NCBI GenBank assembly: GCA_000934665.2
Contig: JYFJ02000809.1
Location: 62,001-107,597, forward strand
DNA: 45,597 nt
DNA from: Catajapyx aquilonaris
Lineage: Eukaryota
Direction of reading: 5' to 3'
The position numbers were made by a program, and so were the translations under genes. Of this stretch, positions 26,467 to 38,000 are shown piece after piece. Position 1 is the first letter of the stretch. Each line of letters starts with the position of its first letter. The notes below the pieces were generated by a model, which was not told the origin of the DNA, did not search any database, and worked only from the letters and a program-made list of their open reading frames with translations.

Positions 26467-29400
26467 ATGGGGACACATGGTAACACCGCGTATACGAGAA
26501 AATGCAGAGCATGTTCTCTTCAAAATATAGGGGCATCATAATGGCATACAACGAGGTTTCTTGCGCAGGTTCATTTACAATTGACGTCATAAAGTGACTC
26601 TCTTTTATATACAATATCGGCGACAATAAATCAAGTTCAAGGAGACCAAATAGCTTAAGTTGAATCTCCTGAGCTCATCAGCTTTTCTAATAAATTTAGA
26701 CTACCGTTGAAATATTGTACTGTACTCTCTGCAGAATATTAATAGCTTACTATATTTAGCACACCCACATATTTTACTCCCTCAAATATTTTACTGAGGA
26801 CGCCAAAAAGGGGGTATACACTATAGTACAGTAAACGGGTTTGTTGTTGACGTAATGACCCCCCCCCCCTCTCTCTCTCTCTTTTTGCTCAAAGCAAATT
26901 TGCGTGTTAAGGTGCAACTCTTTATTATTTAAAAAAAAACTCACTAGTGACATTACACACACCCTCTTTGAGAAGCCCAAAGAATATACAGTAGTTAAAA
27001 AAACTAAAACTAAAAGTTATATACAGTAGGCTATGCTGTAACCAGTCAGTCAGGCAATTGCTTTATTTATTTGATTCTGTCGTGATGTATTCTGTCACCA
27101 AAACAAGTGCAAAATGCAGAGCAGAAAAATGCCGAGAGACCCGGTAACATCATATGCATCCAAATGTCACATCTCATGTTTAAAAAAAATGCGGGCCCTT
27201 ATGGACGAGTTGTTCGCATGATGAGATATAGCTTCAAGTTTTCAATCTTCAGCTGTCCCAGAAGTAATTAAAAATGTAGGACACCTTTTACTTTTTCTCA
27301 TATTTTACTGACAGTCTTTTGGAAACCTTCACTTCACTATGGACATACACAAAGAGCGTATATTTTTTTTAGTCAATAGGAACCATACACTCAGGAGGAA
27401 AAAAAAAAAGAAATGTGGAAAAAGTGGGACCGGGACTACTTTTTCTCGTCAAGGTTATAGGGATAAAGTACCCCCAAAAATGTGGAAGGGGGAAAAAAGG
27501 GGAAAGGAAATGTGAGCACGTGTAGTTATGAAGTTATTCTGTGGCGAGAATGAGCGTAAGAAAAGCGGCTAAAGTAAGGTTTCATTTATTGGCCATCAAA
27601 TACCTACGACACTGCGCTAATACGGAACAACTGTGAGAGGGTAAATATCAGAACAAAAATATAAGAACTGACCATTCATGTATAGCCTACAGGGCCAACG
27701 AATCATAGATGCTAAAAAGAGTGGGCGATATAAAATTTCAGAACGCCTGTCTCAGATTCACATTATTTTTTGTGACCAGAAATATTGTGTGCGCAAAAAA
27801 AAAAACACATTTCAAACATTATGCCATTTCATGACTAACTTCACAAAAAAGGGAACGGCTGAAATGATTACAGTAGTCTCAAAAGCAAAACAAAACGCTT
27901 TCTAAAGGCAACACAACGGTCTATTATTATTTCAAACCCCTATAAACACTACTCCTATATATGTTAAACGCTGCAACTGTAAATGTGTAGGGAGGTGTTT
28001 ATAATAATTACTAAGTTCACTTACTGAACAAACATATGCCGTCATCCTCTGCACGATAAAAATGCAATTTTTCATCCTCTATTGGTTTAACTGCTTTCGC
28101 CTTAAGCGTATTGTGTATAGACACGTGACTGCGTGCCTGACATGACGAGTTTGCCTGTATAATGTAAGTATGCTGAAAAGTATTTTTCCGAAAAAATAAT
28201 TGAAGTTTCACATGAAAGGTTGATAACGCAAGATTCTTCACTTCCGCGGGGTTTTTAGCATGACACACGATCTTCCCAGAATTTTTCTGCCACCACGATC
28301 TGCAAACTGCAGTCACGCTATATCACTATTAAAATAATACCGCAAAAAACGAAAGGACGAGTAATAGCCCATTTTCTTTATTCCGCAGTTAAAGACAATA
28401 AAAGGCAAAAAAAAACAAAAAATTGTGCTGCCAATAAAAATAAAAATAAAATCTTTTTCATGAGAAAATTCGACTGTAGTATACATATATGGTTGTAGAT
28501 ATTGTGAAAAAATCAATTAGAAATTATTACAGTAGGTCCAAATCAGTGCAGTATTATACAGTACTTATGACACACGCACAGTACTGACTAATGCTATAAT
28601 GCTTCAGGCAATATTTTAGGAATGGGGTGCTCAAAAACAAAAGGTGTCAAGGATGAATGCTATATATTTTAAACCTAAAATATTACTGTCTTTATTACTC
28701 AGACGTTTTTCTTCGAGGCCTCTCAGGGACAGTTGAAGAGGCAATAACTTTTTTTAAATGCATCGCCACTAATGCGCAAAAAAATTGCATCATGGCGAAA
28801 GTAGGAGGCAGCAAATGGCTTTTGCATTGCTTAGCTTCAGCATCATCTGCACTTGAATCCCTGGCTGCTGCTACACAATAGAAAGAGGCAAGAAACCCGG
28901 GGTGCTGTCGGCACAAAGGAAGAAAAACCTCGGGGAAACCCTATTGCAGAAGTTATCTTGCTTTGCTTAATGCCATCCCGCAAACTTTCGCGAGTGTAAT
29001 CCTAAAATCCGGGTGGTAATTTACCTCAGTCTCACTTGGATCTGATCGATCCTGTAAAAGACCACTCTCTGAAAGGGCTGAAAACGAGACTCTCCGGTCA
29101 AAAGAAAATTGGCTCAATGTTGCTATTCTCTTGCCTGCTGCGGTTATTACCTTTCTTACAACACAATCCCATTTGCATGCTGTAAACAGTCGAATACCAA
29201 CGTGATAAAATTAGTTCGTCGAGATGAGCGTCATCTAAAAGTTTACCTATACAGAGAAGGCGTGATTGATTTAGTGTCTACTTTTAACATAAATAAATAT
29301 ATATCATCCCACAATTACAATAATTAACTCAAAACATTAATATGATAATAACGTCAGTAGATCTTTAAAGTTACAAGGGAAATGCAAGGCAGTGGGATGC

Positions 29401-32365
29401 GTGTCTCAAGGGAGCATCATGGAACTTTGAGATTAATTAGAGAATTAGCCGGTTGCAAATTAGGAGGATGCGACTTCGCAAGAAGTATTTACCTTTCTTT
29501 AATAAGCTTCCTGCTAATAATGTATTAAGAAAACAGTTTCATGAACGTCGGCACTGGCTAGCACAGTCAAGTAATGAGCAGCCTGATTGCACGAGCCACG
29601 TGGTTTTAATTGATCATCATTTCTATCAGTGATTGAATTACACCAACTCGGTTGACATAACAGTTCAATTTGCCCATCTATTAGTCTATCGCCCACTTCT
29701 CTCTATTGGCTGTGCTACTCTAGAATGTAATAACGGGTTCTGCTTCTTGCATTGTATGCGCGCAATTATAATAAATTGAAATAATTGCAGCCCTGCTAAA
29801 TTCGAGTTCTTAAGTCATACCTATATCGTATCAAATCCTTTCAAGCACACTCTTGGGTGAGTCCCGTCACACTTGGGATGGTGATTGCAATATTTCACAT
29901 CCTTTGACGCCACCATTATGGAAAACATCTACGAAACATAACGTAATATCTCCAAGGGAATTCACGTGGTTTATAGCAGGGAGAGAGTCGAGTTTTTATC
30001 ATGGTCTTCAGAGGCCCTTATCAGAGACTTGTAATTCGAATTTTCGCCCTTTCTGAGGCTCTGATATTCTGCAGACTCTCCTTCCCAGCTTCAAGTCTCA
30101 TTTTTCTCTAGTTTTGACTTGATGGATATATCCATCTACTCCTACAGAAAGCACCAAAAGCAACAACAGTTAGACTTTCAAAAATACTGTATATGATTAG
30201 GGCTATACTAAAAGGTACAGACAACAAACAATTGCCCTACGTCTTCATGAATCATGACTTCATAAATAATGAAACAAAACCTTTTCCGCCAGTTGTTACG
30301 TAAGTACCGACCATTGTGCTTCATTTTTTTCAGTTGTCGACACTGGACGACCTCAAAGTGCAACTCAAATTAATGTTCCTCCAAATACAGACAGAACTAA
30401 TGCCCGGCAGAAAAGTGGAGACGTCTGCAGTCAGAATTGCTGCTGCTGCTTTTTAAAAATCAGATGTGGCAAACTGGAATGAAGTTCACCAAGTGGGTTG
30501 CAGGACATCAATCACTTGGCGTAATGTAAAGATTAAAGACCCTTACCAACGCACGATGCACCAACTTGGTACGTCGTATTAAGAAGCTTGACATCAAGAA
30601 CGTTGAGTTTGATAAATGCAGGTAGCATTAGCCTAAACTGAGAGTTGCCTCATCATTGCACTCTTCAGTTCATAACGTTATGCACTATTATATAAGCGCT
30701 TGACCCGGACTGCTAATAAGCTAATTTGATTTTAAAATGCGCAGTTCCTGATGTGATGATCATGATACATTGGTGGACCATTCTAAACATATATCAGTTG
30801 GCTAAGGGGCGAAGATATGACAGTCCTTGTCAAAATGGTAACTGATGTATGGTTTTCCTGGATTTGGCTAATGAGACTTGGAAATGGGCAAATACACAGG
30901 CTTGGGATTTGCAGAGTTATGACGTACAGCACTGTCACACTGTAGTCTCTATAATATATTAGTGACATAACCGGCAGGCTACCACGTCCCCTTTGGATTT
31001 GATTTCATTAGATCATAAAACATAACTACTCTGGACGGAAATAAACGGCTAGAAAAAAAAGATGGTAAGGTCACAAGTTTGTTACAGAGAGTTTGTTTTG
31101 CACTACTTCGTGATTGGTTAAAACCCAACCTTCCAGCAACCTTCAACAGCAACGGGTCAAACTGGCAACGGGTCCACTATAGTTGTAATAGAATTGAAGA
31201 TAGCCGTGCAGGTTGTGCAAGCTTTCGAGTGTATACGGTACTGTCTAAACAAGACTACAAAGAAAAATTCCGCGAGAACCAGGCACACAAAGGAAGTGAC
31301 AAGTTTTTCCATTCGCGCGCCTATATTGGTTCTCGCGGTAACTCTTCCCAAACTTCCACTGCATCTTTGTTACTGTATAGACTAGACCATACAAGTACAA
31401 CCTGGTATACAACACACGGTGATCCATTGCCCACTTCTCCAGTTCAAGTGGGGAAGAAGTTTTGGAAGATTTTCTGACGCAGGTTATGCCAGTCGAAAGG
31501 TGATATGTAGGAGAAGCGTCAGTGGAAGCCAGCTGGGTCAAAGGTTTGTGATATAGAAAAGACTTCCGGATTTCAGAGGAATAAAAAAGCGTGCTATAAC
31601 TTTTGACATACAGTACCTGCTCAGACTCTCAGAGGAAATTACTCTGCGCATAAAGTTATTCACTTGCTTCTTTAATATTGGCAGTGAAAGTAAACACAAG
31701 TAGCCTACTTCAAGTATAAACCTTACGGGGTCTCTCGAAATTGTGTGTCTGAAGGTGTCCGTGTGACAATGAAGCACCTATTCACTTTAGTGGAGCATCA
31801 AAATTCTTGCTTTCAGAAAGCAGTAGCAGCGTAAACATGCAACTTCTCTTGCAACTCCCAAAACTCGCAGATTATTCTGCAGTTTTCATTATCCTGGCCG
31901 CTTTCATCATCTCCCAGAAAGGAGCTATGACTGACAGGGCCCGACTTGAACGCAATACACGTAATTTCAACGGTATTCAAGCCTCATACTTCCGGACCAT
32001 GCACAACCAGCATATAGCATTTTCATTTTGTGAGTCACGAACATCTAAGGTCAGCGCAAAACTCATAACAGATTAAAAACTGAGTACGTACACAAGCTGC
32101 ATGCACAACTTGCCTACGTACTCAGTCCCATACGGGCCCATCGAAGGCACGCAAAAAAGGCAAAAATATTTTTCTAAAGGACTGACAGGTAATTTGCATG
32201 TAAGAGTTGTTACTCTGCATGAGCCCCACGCCCACTTTCGTAACCGTCATCATGAGCTATGGAATGTTTTCAAGAACTTTCAGGACTGACCCGCGTAATT
32301 AAATGGGCAAAAAACCCGTAAAAGGCCCCGCACACGTGGACAAACGACCCTATATCTCGTTAACT

Positions 32366-32582
32366 CAGTGGTTTCCAACCTTTTACCAACTGCGACCCCC
32401 TAAACATGTTTCCATGAATGTGCGACCCCCCCTCCCCTCGGCCCCTTCTACAACTGACCCATTTCCAGAAAACATATACACTCTGTGCGGTCGCAAAAGT
32501 GGTTCAATTTACGCAGAAATTGCAAAAAAAAATGAACAAAGGCTCGCGACTCTGCCCGCGACCCCCAGGTTGGAAACCACTG
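32366..32582. mobile_element. hAT (Buster/Charlie-type) MITE, 217 bp
   Basis: Perfect 16-bp TIR CAGTGGTTTCCAACCT / AGGTTGGAAACCACTG. Perfect 8-bp TSD CGTTAACT at 32358-32365 and 32583-32590, with central TA. Subterminal GCGACCCC repeats. Confidence 0.93.
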
Positions 32583-33334
32583 CGTTAACTACAAGGCACA
32601 CCAATACTTTTGATGTGCGAATGTCGGCGAATGTTCTGTGTAGGATTGACACATTGCGATAAGTGAATCGGTGTTCAAATTTTTGAAATTGAAATAAAGG
32701 CGTTATATTAATAGTTCAATGTTTAAAAACTATATTACTGCTATCGGAAGTTTGCGCTGCTGCCCACAGAGAACAGACGCTCTATTCCTGGTTTTGCGGA
32801 ATAGAATCCTTATTGAGAGCTGTCCGGTGCCTGATTATTTAGTGGTGTCTCCGACGTGCAGTCGTGGGGCACTACAATATATATTAGTAGTGTCTTGTTC
32901 ACTGGCCAACCCACTTGGATTATTCACCAGGTGCTGGCATGAGATGTCTTGCTTTTGCGTTTTGTGTCAAAACAAAGTTAGCAATCTGCACATATGTATT
33001 GGCCTTGAACTATTCAGATGTTCATGAAAAAAAATCATTCATATCCTTTGAGAAACTTGTTAAACTTCTTGCCTAATAGTGTACCTGATATTAATCTTAA
33101 AGACCAGAATCAGACAATTTATTATAAGTAACAAATACATAATCATAAATTTAGAATCTTTTGGAATAATTCCCTTCATAGCATATTAAATTTAAATTAA
33201 AGCATCGACCCGCGTCGCTCAAACCGAAACCCGAAACCGTGCTAACGTGCAACCGTATAAATTATATCCAAGTGGGCTGGCCAGTAACATCAACTGTCAC
33301 CCATATTGACAGCATTGTGCCAAGAGCATAATAT

Positions 33335-33597
33335 TGGCCACCATAAAAAATTTGGACTTCTCCAGGCTGAGAGAAAGTCCAGCTTGTGGAGATGCCCTTT
33401 CTCACGCTCCTGATAATTTTCGTTCACTACTGTATTACTGTATTACCAATCAAAACAAAGAGAAGACCAAATTTCCCGTCGCGGACGGGAAATTCCAGCA
33501 TCAGAATACGAATTTCAAGCACATTTCCCGACTTTTCAGAGGTGCTAAATATTCAAGTCATTTCCCGATTTTTCCGACGCGACGGCTGGACACCCTG
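33335..33597. mobile_element. Possible degraded hAT-like non-autonomous element remnant
   Basis: Ends in GGACACCCTG (reverse complement of a CAGGGTGTCC-type terminus) with repeated internal ATTTCCCG motifs. The left TIR and TSD are not resolvable, so the left boundary is approximate. Confidence 0.35.
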
Positions 33598-34723
33598 CCG
33601 CATCCAAGTAAGATATTTAGTTACTGAATTCTGATGCCAAGATTTTGGTCTGTTGTTGCACTATAATTACTGCAGGAATTGAATACCAGGGAAGTTTGTG
33701 GCAAGAAATCTTTGGTTTTGTACGAGCCTCCAAGCCAAATTCATTAGTTTCGACGGGCCTTCCACTTCTTTCACTTTATTCCCTGCTACCTGCAGTTTCT
33801 GTAGCATTCTTCCCTTTAGTGAGTGGATGTAATCGGAATCCCAAGATATTCAGACGATATTATAATAGGTTAGGTTTCATTATTAATCCCAAGGCATAGA
33901 CTAAAGCTGAGAACCTTGTGAGAATTGCACACATTTTAATTATGGGCTGTATCCTGTAATAGAAGCTTGGGATCAATACCTTCCCAGTTAATGAGAAAAG
34001 GCTGCAGTTCGTGTTACGGAAAAAACGAAGTGCGATATTTCACAGATTTATGAAACGGAATATGACCATCATTTACTTGGTTTTTAATCAGTGGAAAGTG
34101 CTGTACCATTTGATTTGTTATTGTGTGATCAGGACCCAATTTTCAATAGTGTTTACCAAATAAACATAATATTCTGTACAGTATTCTTATCCCATGATAT
34201 CTCAATTTTAATAGTCAGTGGAATATAATGGACAGTAAGAATATAATGTACTCCAGTGCCACATACTGTATGTAATTATTCATTAAATCTTGCATATTAC
34301 ACATCATCCTGTACAATACCTTAAATAAATCTTCTCCCGGCTTCTCATTTCCACTCTATGCACTGTATAACTATGTAGAGTACAGCACACTATGTTCTGT
34401 ACCATATTTGTAGTCATCAGAGATGAGATGCATGATTCCTCTCTTTTTTTTGCTTCGCAGCTAGGCATTTATCTATATTATTCTATAAACTGCATTCCAT
34501 ATAATTATGTATAAGATTTCGAAGTTACAGAAAGATAATTGACATTTTCTCAATAACATACGACTAGTAGGCCTGTGATATGACCCTTACCGACCAATTA
34601 ATAATGGTGAAAGCAAATTTTTAAGGACAAAATAAATTGTACAACCTGCTTGTCCAACTATGCAAGGAAACCAACGTCGTATTCAGTATGTTCCCAGCCA
34701 ATTCTGACCCCACAGAGACTCAT

Positions 34724-34729
34724 TTTATT
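34724..34729 (-). terminator. Candidate polyadenylation signal for nanchung
   Basis: AATAAA on the minus strand about 50 nt after the stop codon. Confidence 0.4.
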
Positions 34730-34776
34730 TAACATTGTTCTATGCATCGAACTACTCTTACTGTAACAAGCCATTT

Positions 34777-35052
34777 CTAATGAATCACGTTGAGATTTTT
34801 CTGTCCTGTAGGAGGAGACAGACTACCGGAAGCCAAGATATTCTGTCCTTTCTGTCTTTTCAAGACAGCTTTATCGTGATATCTCTTCATCTCCATCATC
34901 TCCTTCATTTCTTCCTTGTCCTCGTCGGACATGTTGTGCCTGAGAACAAGTCCTCTTCCTCCATCTGCCAATGGCTGCGAATATTTCATTAGTTGTCGCA
35001 AACGTTCAGCAGGACTCACTCCTCTTTCCACCACAAGGACTATCCTGGCCCA
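34777..35052 (-). CDS. nan: nanchung exon 13 (TRP box, C-terminus, stop)
   Basis: [18 protein letters not shown]...NVIH*. Confidence 0.93.
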   Translation of the reverse strand, partial: WARIVLVVERGVSPAERLRQLMKYSQPLADGGRGLVLRHNMSDEDKEEMKEMMEMKRYHDKAVLKRQKGQNILASGSLSPPTGQKNLNVIH

Positions 35053-38000
35053 CTAAAAAAAATCAGAACAGATGCAACACAATACAATTATTATATTAGC
35101 TCTTGAGAATCAGCTCCATATGCATTGAAAAGCAGTGTAAAGGGAGAATCTGTATAAAATATTACGCAATGCTATTTAATGTACCGGTAGAGTAAAATAT
35201 TTTGTGCTTGAGACCACAGTAAGTTTTTTGTATTCTTCAAAAACACTCTCCTCCCCTTTAAAAAAGCTATGTAGACATGCCTCCTTCCCATACTCTTGAT
35301 TCCTTTCAATATCAGGCGTTACGTAAGTTATGGCTGCTCCTGCGCCAAACGTCCCCATAAAATGTGTTTGCTATAGTATACGGTATACCTGTCTCTGCCA
35401 CTCGTTCTTGGTCTCCGCAATCTTTTGGTACGTGTTTCCCATCATGGCGATCAGCATGTTTATCAGCAAAATTGCTACTAGGCCCATGTACAGCACAAAC
35501 AGAAACTGCCAAAAAAGTATAATTAAATCAATAAAACTCATTGTAACTGTAAAAGATTATGTAAAAGTCATACCTTTGCAATGTACTCGTGGTCAGTCTT
35601 TTCAAAATTACCAAAGTAGTCGTCGAAGGAAGTCAAGGACATGAGAAACATTGACATAATAGCTTCGGCAGCATTGGCCATCGGATTTTTATCCGATCCG
35701 TGGTAGGACAGAAATATTATGTAATATGCCTGAGAAAAGCCAATGACAAACACCAGGTAAATAGTGACGAATCGCAGCAAATCGCCCATGATCATCCTGT
35801 ATATCATCACCACGAAAGGGCCCACAGTTTTGAATCCTCTGCGAAATGACACAATAATAAATGAAATTAGTAGCTTGCAGTTACACTCATTCACTTCGGT
35901 GTTGTTTTCCAGCGGAATTTGAACTGGGTTACTGGCATCACCATAAATGTCAACAATAAAACCGTTAATTTATTAGAGTCTATTGATGTCAGTTTACCCA
36001 AGTTCCATTACCGAGCATACTGTACCTGCAAAAGAACAAAAAGTACGGCGCAGTAAAAATCATCACAACAATAGACACCATATCTTCCGCTTGCGGCAGA
36101 CAAGCCATCCTTAGAATCATCATGAGTACCGTCAGCACACATGAACAAAGGAAGGTGACCCTGGACGGAACCGTCGCCTGAAACAAAATTGGTCGTAAAC
36201 CACATCTGCCACAATGTGAGCACATGTTGGAAGAGGGGCACTCACCAGATTCTCCACGAACATGCTCATGCCCAAAAATCTGCACTCTCTGGCAGCCCCC
36301 AGCAGGTAGCATATGGCTCCAAGCACCATCAAAACTTCTAGGCCCAAACGAATCGAATCCTCTTGAGACTTTGAAGGAGTCATGTAGCACTGGCCTATTT
36401 TAATCCAACCCTCGGTCTCCGTACTTGTCTCATTTTCAAAAGTCAGGTTGAAAGGGAGCGTCACGTCTTCTATGGTCACGTTCAGATCAGAGTTACTTTC
36501 GTTGGTGTCAGTCTAAGGCAATTTAAAATATTTAAGCGGCGTGGCACATTAGACATTCTGAACAAGCCTTACATAGGTTGTGAGACCTCTTATTGGAGGG
36601 AGCTTTGGCTGCCCTGTTGTGGGTAGTAGTGTGGTAGTTGGTGCGGCCACTACCGGCCTCGAAAATGATCCGGGTCGCATCAAGAGGCAGAAAAGCGATA
36701 TTAATAAGTAGATCCAGAACATAAGGAACTGGCTGTAAAATCTGGAAGAAACGTCACAGAAGCTTAGGCATTATTAGAACATAATTGTAGGTACAGAAAA
36801 TCAACCTTCTTCTTCCAAAGGAGTTCCATTTTGCATGGAGGAGGTCAATGATGACACCTTCCATCATATCCAAATGTCCTTCTTTGTCCTTAAAATAATA
36901 TTGTCTCATGTTATGGGTAATTCCGCCAGGCCTATTGCGGTCTAACTTGAACCCATACGTACCCCGAAAACAATCATATTGAGCGCCGACTTTTTGAAAA
37001 TCTTCCCAGTTGTGCTGTCTATCGTATCAATCTGAGACAAAGGATATCCAGCACATGTGATGCCACCTTTTTGAAGAAAAAATAAAAAATAAAGAGGTGC
37101 TCTTTCATAATTATGTTCAAGTTTATGGTTGTAATTAACCGTACCTATTTGCCAGTAAATTTCTCGTTCAATATGGACTATGTGAAAGAACATGTCCCGT
37201 TTGGCTGCCTTGGCTGCCAGCGTCATTGGTGTCAAGCCTTGCCTGTTTTCGATTCGCGGATCAGCGCCCAGTTCGTATGCCATATCAAAAGATGACTGAA
37301 AAAGTCACCAGAACCACTTGCACAAGCATTACTACGAGAAATTCAATTATTGAAGGGCAAAAACTCACAATCTTGTTGTGAATGACCAGCATGTGCAGAA
37401 CCATGTTTCCATTAGTGTCTTGCGCGTTGGGGTCAGCTCCTTTCGCCAATATCAGTCGATAGCACTCTTCTTGCCCTAGACAGGCAGCAAAGGCCAGGGG
37501 ATATTCACCCCAGTATACATATCTGCAAAACATAATCTTAAATATTTTGCGCATCTGATTTCCTACAGGGAATTGAGAGTGTGGCATATAAATAGTTGGA
37601 AAGTACTGTATACGGTATCTAGGCCTGCAGATGGAATTTATTAGCACTGATCAATAATGTGGGTATTTTTTTTTTTTTTTGGAACGCATACGTTTTTAAA
37701 CCTCTCCAGAAATTTCGGAGCTCCGCATCGCATTTTCATGAGTAGTATAACCAGAACTTCAGAATATATTAGGCTTACATAATATTGTCAATGGCAGTGC
37801 TTTCCTGTGTCTGAAGGAGATTGCCAATGCATTGTACTGTACTGAACGGATTATACTAGTCTACGCAGACAATGGCAGAGGGTGTAAACGAGAAGTTTGG
37901 AATTCCTCTCAGTCGAATTTCGTGTCATTGATCTTAAACCAAATGGCATCTTCCCCTGCGGACTTCCGGGTTTTAAGTAGCTCGAGACCTAGCAACGCAG

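Noticed and set aside
26284..26626. Ser-Leu repeat ORFs
   Set aside because: Translations of the (GA)n tract.
33200..33260. Weak tRNA/SINE-like segment
   Set aside because: No cloverleaf and no convincing A/B boxes.
31079..33899. Cluster of 80-130 aa ORFs
   Set aside because: Many have non-ATG starts, lack codon bias or domains, and partly overlap MITE sequence.
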